The position numbers were made by a program, and so were the translations under genes. Shown here one piece after another: positions 18,913-26,981 of a stretch of DNA of 64,000 nt. The first letter of the stretch is position 1, and each line of letters opens with the position of its first letter. The DNA comes from Alphaproteobacteria bacterium. Its GTDB lineage: Bacteria > Pseudomonadota > Alphaproteobacteria > UBA7887. The stretch is taken from NCBI GenBank assembly GCA_965216755.1, contig CBDCGL010000011.1, positions 3,475,482 to 3,539,481 of the forward strand, written 5' to 3'. Under the pieces are notes generated by a model. The model had not been told where the DNA came from, made no database searches, and worked only from the letters and a program-made list of their open reading frames with translations.

Positions 18913-20457
18913 CTAAGTGCGCAGTTCCTTTTTCAGAATTTTGCCGGTCGCGTTCATCGGCAGCGACTCGCGCACCTCGATCAAGCGCGGATATTTGTAC
19001 GCGGCGAGATGTTCCTTTGACCAGGCTATCAGCGCGTCCGGATCGATCTGGTGATTGGGTTTGGCGACCACGAACGCCTTGACCTCTTCGCCATATTGGT
19101 CGTGCGGCACGCCAATCGCGGCGGCCAACGAAACGTCCGGGTGCTGTACCAAGACCTCTTCGATCTCGCGCGGATACACATTGAACCCGCCGCGAATAAT
19201 CATGTCCTTGAGCCGATCAACAATGAACAGATAGCCATCTTCGTCCAATTGGCCGATATCGCCGGTATGGAACCAGCCGTCACGAAACGCCTGCTCGGTT
19301 TCCTCGGGTTTGTTCAAATAACCTTTCATCACGCAATGGCCGCGGACGATCACTTCGCCTGGTTCGCCGACCGCCACGTCTCGGTCGTTATCGTCGACCA
19401 CGCGCACTTCGACGCCCCACACCGGCGTGCCGACGGAACCGGGTTTGCGCGCCCTATGGCCGTGATTGAAGGCGACCACCGGCGAGGTTTCCGACAAACC
19501 GTAGCCTTCAAGGATCGGCACCTCGAACTTGGCCTCGAAATCGCGCAAAACCTCGACCGGCAACGACGCGCCGCCCGAGGCGCAAATGCGCAGATTGCTT
19601 GTGATCTTGTCCAGGTCCAAGTCATCGGTCGGGTGGTGGACCATGGCCCAATACATGGTCGGAACACCGGCGAAAATGGTGCAGCCCTGGTCTTGGATTG
19701 TTTTCAGAACAACACCTGGGTCGAAGCGTGGGATCAGCACCAGCGTGCCGCCGCGCATGAGGGTGGCGACCATCAAGACGACCTGCCCGAACACGTGAAA
19801 CATCGGCAGTGTCAGCAACAAAACGTCTTCGGTGCCCGAATCGACCAAGTCATACGAAACGACGGCGTTGAGCACGATATTGGTATGCGTGAGTTCGGCG
19901 CCCTTGGGATGGCCGGTCGTGCCCGATGTGTAGAGCACCACCGCGACATCATCGCCGGCGCGCTGGACGGTATCGAAACCGGCGGATTGGGTACCGAGCA
20001 TGGCACCAAGGGTTTGGGTCCCCTCAATCGGCGATGGTGCCGTCGGATCCGCGGTGATCATGAAAAAATGGGCGCAATCGTCGGCACGGCCAAAGGCGGC
20101 GTAACCGACCTGGCCCAAGGGAAGATCCGCCGTGCCTTCAAAACAGAACAGCGCTTTGGCACCGGCATCATTGAGGATGTAGGCCACTTCGTCCGGGGTC
20201 AGCAGCACATTGATGGGCAAGATCGTCGCGCCGCATTTCAGCGCGCCATAATAGACCATCGGGAAGTAGGGCAGGTTCGGGCACGACAAGGCGACCACGT
20301 CGCCGGGGCCGATGCCCAGGGCGGCCAGGCCGTTGGCGATCTTGTTGGCGGCGCCGTTCAGTTCCGCGTAGGAAATCGGCTTTCCGTTGAACACCAAGGC
20401 GGCATGGCCCGGCCGGTCGCGGGCGCTCGATTCCAACGTCGCGGCGAGATTGTACAT
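18913..20457 (-). CDS. Long-chain-fatty-acid--CoA ligase / AMP-dependent synthetase
   Basis: AMP-binding motif YTSGTTGHPKGA; 514 aa. Confidence 0.85.
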   Translation of the reverse strand: MYNLAATLESSARDRPGHAALVFNGKPISYAELNGAANKIANGLAALGIGPGDVVALSCPNLPYFPMVYYGALKCGATILPINVLLTPDEVAYILNDAGAKALFCFEGTADLPLGQVGYAAFGRADDCAHFFMITADPTAPSPIEGTQTLGAMLGTQSAGFDTVQRAGDDVAVVLYTSGTTGHPKGAELTHTNIVLNAVVSYDLVDSGTEDVLLLTLPMFHVFGQVVLMVATLMRGGTLVLIPRFDPGVVLKTIQDQGCTIFAGVPTMYWAMVHHPTDDLDLDKITSNLRICASGGASLPVEVLRDFEAKFEVPILEGYGLSETSPVVAFNHGHRARKPGSVGTPVWGVEVRVVDDNDRDVAVGEPGEVIVRGHCVMKGYLNKPEETEQAFRDGWFHTGDIGQLDEDGYLFIVDRLKDMIIRGGFNVYPREIEEVLVQHPDVSLAAAIGVPHDQYGEEVKAFVVAKPNHQIDPDALIAWSKEHLAAYKYPRLIEVRESLPMNATGKILKKELRT

Positions 20458-20561
20458 CCTGTCCTCTTCAATTCGGTCCTTCGTCGTTTCGCATTATGGC
20501 GAAGTTGCCCGTTTGTGTTCGATTTTTCGTCGGTTCGTGCGGGTCGTGGGGCGAATCCGCG

Positions 20562-20596
20562 CAAACAAAAAGCCACCCCGGGGAGGAACGGGGTGG
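20562..20596 (-). terminator. Candidate Rho-independent terminator (minus strand) downstream of the merB-like gene
   Basis: 8-bp GC stem CCACCCCG/CGGGGTGG with an 8-nt loop, followed on the minus strand by CTTTTTGTTT. Confidence 0.45.
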
Positions 20597-20893
20597 CGGA
20601 GCAGTGGCAGTCTTGGGGAGGGAGGAAAACGGCGTCGTAACGTTTAGCGCGCGCGGCTGTTTACCCGCTTGGTGGTATTCGTCGCGCCGCGGTGGGCGGC
20701 CGGGTCAGGGCCGCGACCGCGCTGGTCACAAGAACAAAGGCAAAAATGAAAGCGGTGGTGGTCAACATGGCGGTCAATCCAGGTTCTCGACATCGCATCC
20801 ACAAGTTCGTGTCTCGATCTGCGCACCACAATAGGCGATGCACCGCCCCGACGCTGTGAACTGCTTCACGCGGCGAAAATTTTTTTTCGAGAT

Positions 20894-21595
20894 CTAGAAC
20901 CGTGCCGCCGACGTCGGAATATCCCAAATAGGCCCGGTCAGGCCGAAACGCGCGAAGATGGCGCGCGCCTCGTCGGCGGTCCACTTGCGGCAGTCCGCGT
21001 CCAAATGGCGCCCATACCAAACTTGCGCAAATCGAAAGACTTTTTCGATCGGTTGCACGTCGCCCTTGGCAATGCCGTGGCGTGCGCACCACGCATCGAT
21101 CGCGGTTTCGCTGTCGAACACCAACATGGTACTACATGTATAGATAACGTTATCCCAGGCATGTTTCATGGCAACGGGAAAGTGAACCAGCAGGGAGTCG
21201 GGTGAAATCGCCGCGTCGGTGATATTGATCGTCACCGGTTGGTCGTGGGCGCCAAGTGTCGTCGTGATCGTGACATTACCGCCCAGCAGTGCGGCAATGC
21301 CGAGCGAACACCAGGCGCAATTGCCCCACCATATGTCGCTGCCGCGGCGGACCAGAAAATTGGTCGGTGCCAGGGAAAACGGGTGGGCCACCCAAATGCG
21401 CGTGCTGTTTGGGTGCAAGACCACGCCATGGTCGTCGGCGAGCCGCCGCAAACCGGCTTCAAGGGCCGGCCGCGGCTGATCGAAATGGGCGGCCAAGGCG
21501 GTGGCATCAGGGGCCCGGCCGGTATCGACGATGTGGCGCAGGATGGCGTGATGTAAAGCCGACCCGGTCAAAGGTGGCGCGGTCTTGGTCATCAA
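20894..21595 (-). CDS. Alkylmercury (organomercurial) lyase MerB-like protein, divergent active site
   Basis: Region NCAWCSLG aligns to the MerB YAWCALD catalytic Cys96/Asp99 region (Asp position is Gly here; extra Cys two residues upstream); TCSTMLVFDSETAIDAWCARHG aligns to the MerB Cys159 region [22 protein letters not shown]. Confidence 0.55.
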   Translation of the reverse strand: MMTKTAPPLTGSALHHAILRHIVDTGRAPDATALAAHFDQPRPALEAGLRRLADDHGVVLHPNSTRIWVAHPFSLAPTNFLVRRGSDIWWGNCAWCSLGIAALLGGNVTITTTLGAHDQPVTINITDAAISPDSLLVHFPVAMKHAWDNVIYTCSTMLVFDSETAIDAWCARHGIAKGDVQPIEKVFRFAQVWYGRHLDADCRKWTADEARAIFARFGLTGPIWDIPTSAARF

Positions 21596-21613
21596 CCGTC
21601 TCGGCCGGGGCGC

Positions 21614-22252
21614 CTATTTGCGCGGCGAATAGGGCGACGGGATCAGAATTGTCGAGTGCATTTCCTCCAACAAGGGGCCGCCAAACGACAAAAATTCCTG
21701 CCAAACCGGATCGGCTTGCGAGGCGGCGCGCGCTTCCATGCGGGCTTCGAAACTCTCATACACCCACAAATGGCAGACCTCGTTGGGGTCGGGCAGAACC
21801 GTGTTCCAGACACCGACCACCTTGGAATATTTCTCGCGCGCGGCCAGGTCTTGGGCCATGCGCGCGGTCCAGGCGGCGCCGCGACCGGTCTTCACCCGGT
21901 AATTGCGAAATTCGTAAATATTGCCTTCGCCTTCGACCGGGTTCATCGGAATAACCGGCTTTAGAATCCGGATCCGTTGGCTGATGATGTGCGGATGCAT
22001 CAGCGGCAAGAACTCGTTGCGCCACGCGTCTTTTTTCGTGAGCTCGGCGCGCAGGCGGGTCATTTCGGCGATATTCTCGTAGGACCACAGGTGCACATAC
22101 TGGCTCAATAAGCCGATTTCGCTCGACCAATGCCCCTCCAGCGTGCCGTATTTGTCGCCTTCCCGAATGCGCCGGGCGACCGTGCCGCTGGCCTCGATCA
22201 CTTTGGGTACCGCGCCCGGGCGGATTGTGTACATTCTCAGCTCGTGAATCAT
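21614..22252 (-). CDS. NIPSNAP-family protein (tandem NIPSNAP domains)
   Basis: Two dimeric alpha/beta-barrel repeats (MIHELRMYTIRPG...; EFRNYRVKTGRG...). Confidence 0.65.
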   Translation of the reverse strand: MIHELRMYTIRPGAVPKVIEASGTVARRIREGDKYGTLEGHWSSEIGLLSQYVHLWSYENIAEMTRLRAELTKKDAWRNEFLPLMHPHIISQRIRILKPVIPMNPVEGEGNIYEFRNYRVKTGRGAAWTARMAQDLAAREKYSKVVGVWNTVLPDPNEVCHLWVYESFEARMEARAASQADPVWQEFLSFGGPLLEEMHSTILIPSPYSPRK

Positions 22253-22434
22253 GGACCCCTCCTCATCGTCATGACTTGGTCATGATTAAAGCGCGTTCGC
22301 CCGCGCAACTGCCATGACCATAACGCGCGCGTGGCATGACGCCAAAGCGACCAGCGGGTTATAATCAGGCGCCAGAGGGCGACCCGTCGCCGCGCCTGGC
22401 GTCGGCTTAAGAACCAAACTGAGAGGGGGACACC

Positions 22435-23157
22435 ATGGGCGTGCTGGATGAACGGGTCGCGATCATCACCGGGGGTGGCTCGGGGATCGGCAAGGCGATT
22501 GCCAAGGCTTTCGCCGACGCCGGCGCACAGGTTGTGATTGCCTCGCGCAACAAAGACAAGCTGGGCGCCGCCGCGGCGGAGATCGGCAAGGGCGTCAGCG
22601 CGACGGCCTGCGATGTGACCGACGAGGCGCACGTGCAGGCGCTGTTTGCCAGTGTCAAAGATCAGCGTGGCCGGATCGATATTCTGGTCAACAATGCCGG
22701 CATGGCCGCCGGCGCGCGCGTCGAGGAGCTGAAGGCGAGCGCCTGGCGGCAGGTGGTCGAGGTCAACTTGACCGGCCCGTTTTTGTGCGCGCGCGAGGCG
22801 TTTCGCCTGATGATTCCCCAAGGCGGCGGCCGTATCATCAATATCGGCAGTATTTCCGCGCAGATGTCGCGCCCGAATTCCGAGGCCTATACGGCGACCA
22901 AGTTCGGCTTGGAAGGTCTGACCCGCTCACTCGCCCTTGACGGCCGGCGCCATGGCATCGCTGTCAGCATTCTCCATCCGGGTAATGTGGCGACCGATAT
23001 TTGGACCGGCCGCGAGGAGATCGCCAAGGAGGAAGGGTTGATCCCGCTGGAAGATATTGCCCAGGCAGCGCTTGGCATGGCATCTTTGTCGCCGGGTGTG
23101 AACATGCTCAACGCCACGGTTTTGCCGGTCACTCAACCCTATTTGGGCCGCGGTTAG
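22435..23157 (+). CDS. SDR-family oxidoreductase
   Basis: TGGGSGIGKAIA Rossmann motif; NNAG; catalytic YxxxK (YTATK). Confidence 0.85.
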   Translation: MGVLDERVAIITGGGSGIGKAIAKAFADAGAQVVIASRNKDKLGAAAAEIGKGVSATACDVTDEAHVQALFASVKDQRGRIDILVNNAGMAAGARVEELKASAWRQVVEVNLTGPFLCAREAFRLMIPQGGGRIINIGSISAQMSRPNSEAYTATKFGLEGLTRSLALDGRRHGIAVSILHPGNVATDIWTGREEIAKEEGLIPLEDIAQAALGMASLSPGVNMLNATVLPVTQPYLGRG

Positions 23158-23187
23158 ACAGCGGCGCTGCCCTTCCGAGGCGCGCGG

Positions 23188-23799
23188 CTACGTTTTTGAA
23201 GGAAATGCCGCCTGAAACGCGGGTCGGGCGGCCAAGCGCCGGTAATAGGCGTGAACCTGCGAAAAGGCGGTGATGTCGGTGAACAGTGCGCCCAGATGGA
23301 CGCTGTAGCCGACGTTCGTGTCGGGTGCGGAAAAACCGCTGGCCAAGACGTAGTCGCGATCCGACAAATGTTGATTGAGCACTTCTAAGGATTTCTCCAG
23401 GCGCCGTGTCTCCAGCTTCTGCACCACCGGCGACTGGTCCGGTTTGGCGATGATCATCGTCTGCTGGACCATGCTGGCGCCGTGCACGGCCATGGTTTCC
23501 GCGTAATGCAACCATTGCAGCCAGGCGACCCGTTCCGGATGCCCGGGCGCTCGGCCCAAACCGCGATCGTCATAGGTTTCGCACAGATATTGGCAGATCG
23601 CGCCCGACTCAAACAGCGTCAGGTCGTGGTCGACCAAGCACGGCACGCGGCCCAGCGGATGCACCGCCAAATATTCCGGCGCACGCAAATGATCGACATG
23701 GAAGGGTAGTTCGACCAGCTCGAAATCGAGGCCCAATTCATAGAGCAGCCACAATGAGCGTGTCGAGCGCGCGTTGGCACAGTGATAGAGCGTGATCAT
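23188..23799 (-). CDS. Glutathione S-transferase
   Basis: N-terminal thioredoxin-like GST motif (ITLYHCANARSTRSLWLL), 203 aa. Confidence 0.8.
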   Translation of the reverse strand: MITLYHCANARSTRSLWLLYELGLDFELVELPFHVDHLRAPEYLAVHPLGRVPCLVDHDLTLFESGAICQYLCETYDDRGLGRAPGHPERVAWLQWLHYAETMAVHGASMVQQTMIIAKPDQSPVVQKLETRRLEKSLEVLNQHLSDRDYVLASGFSAPDTNVGYSVHLGALFTDITAFSQVHAYYRRLAARPAFQAAFPSKT

Positions 23800-23863
23800 G
23801 CGCGCGTGGTTCTTTGATCGTTTAAACGACCGACTGTAGCACAGGGCCGGTCATGTCATCGTT

Positions 23864-24520
23864 TCAGGCGGCGGCGGCGTCGCGACCGGTAAGCCTGTGC
23901 TCAATCTCGTCACGCAGCGCTTCGATTTCCGCAGCCGCGCGCGCCGCGCCCGGATACTCGCTGACCCCACGCCCGTCGAGCATGCTGGCGGCGAATGCGG
24001 TCCGGTTGCCGATCCCGGCTTCGGCGACCGGGATATTCTCGCGCGCGAACGTGGCGCGCATGGTGTCGCACAGCTTGCTTCGCGCCGGTATCCGGGTCAG
24101 CACCACCATGGCGGGGGTCCCGATGCGGTTGGTGCGTTCGATCTCGGTATAAGTTGACCACAAATCCATCGGCGTGGGTTGGGCCGGGATCACCACCAGG
24201 TCCGCCGTGCGGATCGCCGCCTGGGTTCCGATATCGTCTTTGGGCGGACTGTCGACCAAGACAAAATCATGACGGTCACGCAGGCGCCGCGCGCCGGCGC
24301 GCACGACCCATGGATCCGATGCTTCCAACGTGAACGGCGGCCCGCTCGTGCCATGGCGCGCGCGCATGTCGTGCCAGGCCGAAAGGCTTCTTTGCGGATC
24401 GCAATCCATGAGCGCGACCGCGCGGCCGGCTTGTTGCCAGGCCACGGCCAGATGGGCGCTCAATGTGGTCTTGCCGCAGCCGCCCTTTTGGTGGGCGAAG
24501 AGAATCACTTGTCCGGCCAT
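23864..24520 (-). CDS. ParA/MinD-family ATPase (orphan)
   Basis: Deviant Walker A HQKGGCGKTT; start at MAGQVILF; about 215 aa. Confidence 0.7.
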   Translation of the reverse strand: MAGQVILFAHQKGGCGKTTLSAHLAVAWQQAGRAVALMDCDPQRSLSAWHDMRARHGTSGPPFTLEASDPWVVRAGARRLRDRHDFVLVDSPPKDDIGTQAAIRTADLVVIPAQPTPMDLWSTYTEIERTNRIGTPAMVVLTRIPARSKLCDTMRATFARENIPVAEAGIGNRTAFAASMLDGRGVSEYPGAARAAAEIEALRDEIEHRLTGRDAAAA

Positions 24521-24647
24521 TCGATCGTCCCCCGATTGGTGGGCCGTCGCCACGCACTCTATCCCTGTTGAGTCATCGTGGCGAACGGAATCGGCGTGGC
24601 CTTGGACGGTGACATGATGTTGCCGCAGTTGGTCTTCGGATCGCCCA

Positions 24648-24671
24648 GATTTCCCGATCTTTTCGCCACAT
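24648..24671. promoter_or_regulatory. Conserved 24-nt upstream motif GATTTCCCGATCTTTTCGCCACAT (copy A) before VIT-vWA gene 1
   Basis: Near-identical copy (GATTTTCCAATCTTTTCGCCACAT) at 26930-26953 upstream of the paralog. Confidence 0.4.
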
Positions 24672-24719
24672 AACTCTGCTCTGCTGCAGGTGGGACAGAT
24701 CGGGTAGGAGCGATGGACG

Positions 24720-26894
24720 ATGATCACCTTGAGGCGCGCGCCGGCCAGGGCGACGATTTTGATTCTAATGACCGCCGCGTTGCAGGCGTTTGCGGCTTCG
24801 GGTCACGCCGCGCCAAACCCGGCCCCGGCGGTTCTCTCGCCAGGTGACATGACCGCTGGCGGCCTGTTGCTGCGCGGTCGTGACGACAGCCAGCCGTCGG
24901 TTGCCGCGCCATTGTTGGGCACCGACGTCACCATGGCGATCGCCGGCAGTTTCGCGCGGGTCACGGTTCGTCAGCATTTTCACAATCCCAACGATGCGTT
25001 CGTCGAAGGTGTTTATGTGTTTCCGCTGCCGGACGAAGCGGCCGTCGACCATCTGCGCATGCAAATCGGCGATCGTTTTATCGACGGTGTGATCAAGGAA
25101 CGCGAACAGGCCCGCCGCGACTATGAACAGGCGCGCGCACAGGGCCAGCGGGCGTCGTTGCTGGAACAAGAGCGAGCCAACATGTTCACGGCGTCGGTGG
25201 CCAATATCGGTCCCGGCGAAACGGTGATCGTCGAGATCGAATACCAGGACACGGCACGTTTCTCAGACGGTGCCTATGCGATCCGGTTTCCGATGGTGGT
25301 CGGGCCGCGCTACGTGCCGGGGCCGGCTATGACACTTGTCGATGACGGGCGTGGCGCGGATGGCGCGGTGATCGCGGCGCCGGTTGTCTCGGACACCGAC
25401 CGCATCACGCCACCGGTGCGCCATCCGGACGCAGGCGCCATCAATCCGGTTGTGCTGAGCGCGACACTGAACGCGGGTTTTCCAATTGACGCCCTCGAGA
25501 GTCCCTATCACCCGATTGACACGCAAGAATTGGAGAACGGCATTGTCGAAATCAGTTTCGCCGACGGCCCCGTGCCGGCCGATCGGAATTTCGAACTGGT
25601 TTGGCGGCCGGCGCCCGGCGCCGCCCCCGAGGTGGTCTTGTTTCGCGAACAGCGTGGCGAGCAGAAATACGGTGTTTTGACACTGATGCCGCCGGTGCTG
25701 GACCCGACCGGGCCGGCACCCGAGCGGGACATGGTGTTCGTTATCGACACGTCTGGTTCGATGGAAGGCGAGAGCATTGGTCAAGCCAAGGCGGCGCTGC
25801 ATATGGCGCTTGATCGGTTGCGGCCGCAAGACCGGTTCAATGTCATCCAATTCAACGATCAGGCGCACGCGTTGTTTGGCGACGTGCGATCCGGTTCAGC
25901 CAATACGATTGATCGGGCGCGGCGCTATGTGACCCGACTGGACGCCGAAGGCGGCACAGAGATGCTGCCGGCGCTGGGTTTGGCCTTGCGCCAAGCCACG
26001 GACGGCACCCGGCTGCGACAAATTATATTCCTGACCGATGGCGCGATCGGCGACGAGGCCGCATTGTTCGCCGAGATCAGCGACAAATTGGGCGATGGCC
26101 GCTTGTTCACGGTTGGCATCGGATCGGCGCCGAACAGCTATTTCATGAGCCGCGCGGCGGCGTTCGGCCGCGGCAGCTTCACGCATATCGGCGCGTCCGA
26201 CGAAGTCGCCGAAAAGATGGCGGCTCTGTTTCGCAAGCTCGAACGCCCCGCCTTGACCGACATCGAAATCGCTTGGCCCGCAGACGTCGACGCCGAGGTT
26301 TATCCGACGCCGGTGCCGGACCTCTATTACGGCGACCCGATCACCGTTGCCGTGGCGGGTGTACCGGAGACGGGACAGGTCACGGTGACCGGGCGTTTTC
26401 AAGGACGGGCCTGGCGCACCCCGGTCGATCTGTCCGGCGGCACGGAAAGCGCCGGCGCTCGGGTTGTTTGGGCGCGCCGCAAGATTCGTGCGTTGATGGA
26501 TGACATGCATCGCGGCGCCGATCCGGACGTTGTGCGCGAGTCGGTGGTGGCGACCGCGCTCGATCATCATCTGATGAGCCGCTACACCAGCCTGGTCGCA
26601 GTCGATGTCACACCGGTGCGGCCGGCGGACGAACCGGTGCACACGGTGGAGATGCCGACCAATCTGCCCCATGGATGGGATTTCGACGCCGTGTTCGGCA
26701 CGCCTGAGATGCGTGCCCGTGGGGCCGCCTTGCCGGCGCCGGCGATGCAGCAGGCCAGCGCCGATGCGATGACCACGGTTTCGTTGACAACGCCCTTGCC
26801 GCAAACCGCGACGCCGGCCGCGTTGCGCGTGTTGATTGGTTTGATGCTGCTGTTCGTGGCCGGATTGGTGTGGTTGTCGAGGCGTCACGCGTGA
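24720..26894 (+). CDS. Sortase-target surface protein with VIT and von Willebrand factor A domains (marine-proteobacterial sortase target type)
   Basis: Sec signal peptide; VIT domain then vWA domain (MIDAS DTSGSM...); C-terminal LPQTATP sorting motif followed by a hydrophobic helix and RRHA tail. Confidence 0.8.
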   Translation: MITLRRAPARATILILMTAALQAFAASGHAAPNPAPAVLSPGDMTAGGLLLRGRDDSQPSVAAPLLGTDVTMAIAGSFARVTVRQHFHNPNDAFVEGVYVFPLPDEAAVDHLRMQIGDRFIDGVIKEREQARRDYEQARAQGQRASLLEQERANMFTASVANIGPGETVIVEIEYQDTARFSDGAYAIRFPMVVGPRYVPGPAMTLVDDGRGADGAVIAAPVVSDTDRITPPVRHPDAGAINPVVLSATLNAGFPIDALESPYHPIDTQELENGIVEISFADGPVPADRNFELVWRPAPGAAPEVVLFREQRGEQKYGVLTLMPPVLDPTGPAPERDMVFVIDTSGSMEGESIGQAKAALHMALDRLRPQDRFNVIQFNDQAHALFGDVRSGSANTIDRARRYVTRLDAEGGTEMLPALGLALRQATDGTRLRQIIFLTDGAIGDEAALFAEISDKLGDGRLFTVGIGSAPNSYFMSRAAAFGRGSFTHIGASDEVAEKMAALFRKLERPALTDIEIAWPADVDAEVYPTPVPDLYYGDPITVAVAGVPETGQVTVTGRFQGRAWRTPVDLSGGTESAGARVVWARRKIRALMDDMHRGADPDVVRESVVATALDHHLMSRYTSLVAVDVTPVRPADEPVHTVEMPTNLPHGWDFDAVFGTPEMRARGAALPAPAMQQASADAMTTVSLTTPLPQTATPAALRVLIGLMLLFVAGLVWLSRRHA

Positions 26895-26929
26895 CACGGG
26901 TTCGCCGCAATTGGCCCCGCGATTGCCCT

Positions 26930-26953
26930 GATTTTCCAATCTTTTCGCCACAT
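26930..26953. promoter_or_regulatory. Conserved 24-nt upstream motif (copy B) before VIT-vWA paralog
   Basis: See copy A at 24648-24671. Confidence 0.4.
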
Positions 26954-26981
26954 CGGGGTGCTTCCGTGAACACGGGACACT

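Noticed and set aside
19051-20640. 529-aa plus-strand ORF
   Set aside because: Entirely antisense to the acyl-CoA synthetase, which has a canonical AMP-binding motif. Low-complexity Arg/Gly/His-rich translation.
20496-20834. 112-aa plus-strand ORF in the merB-like/acyl-CoA ligase intergenic region
   Set aside because: Gly/Arg-rich low-complexity translation spanning a G-rich tract and the terminator hairpin; not protein-like.
25896-26951. 351-aa minus-strand ORF (and the analogous 28889-29791 ORF)
   Set aside because: Antisense to the VIT-vWA genes; Arg/Gly/His-rich, no motifs.
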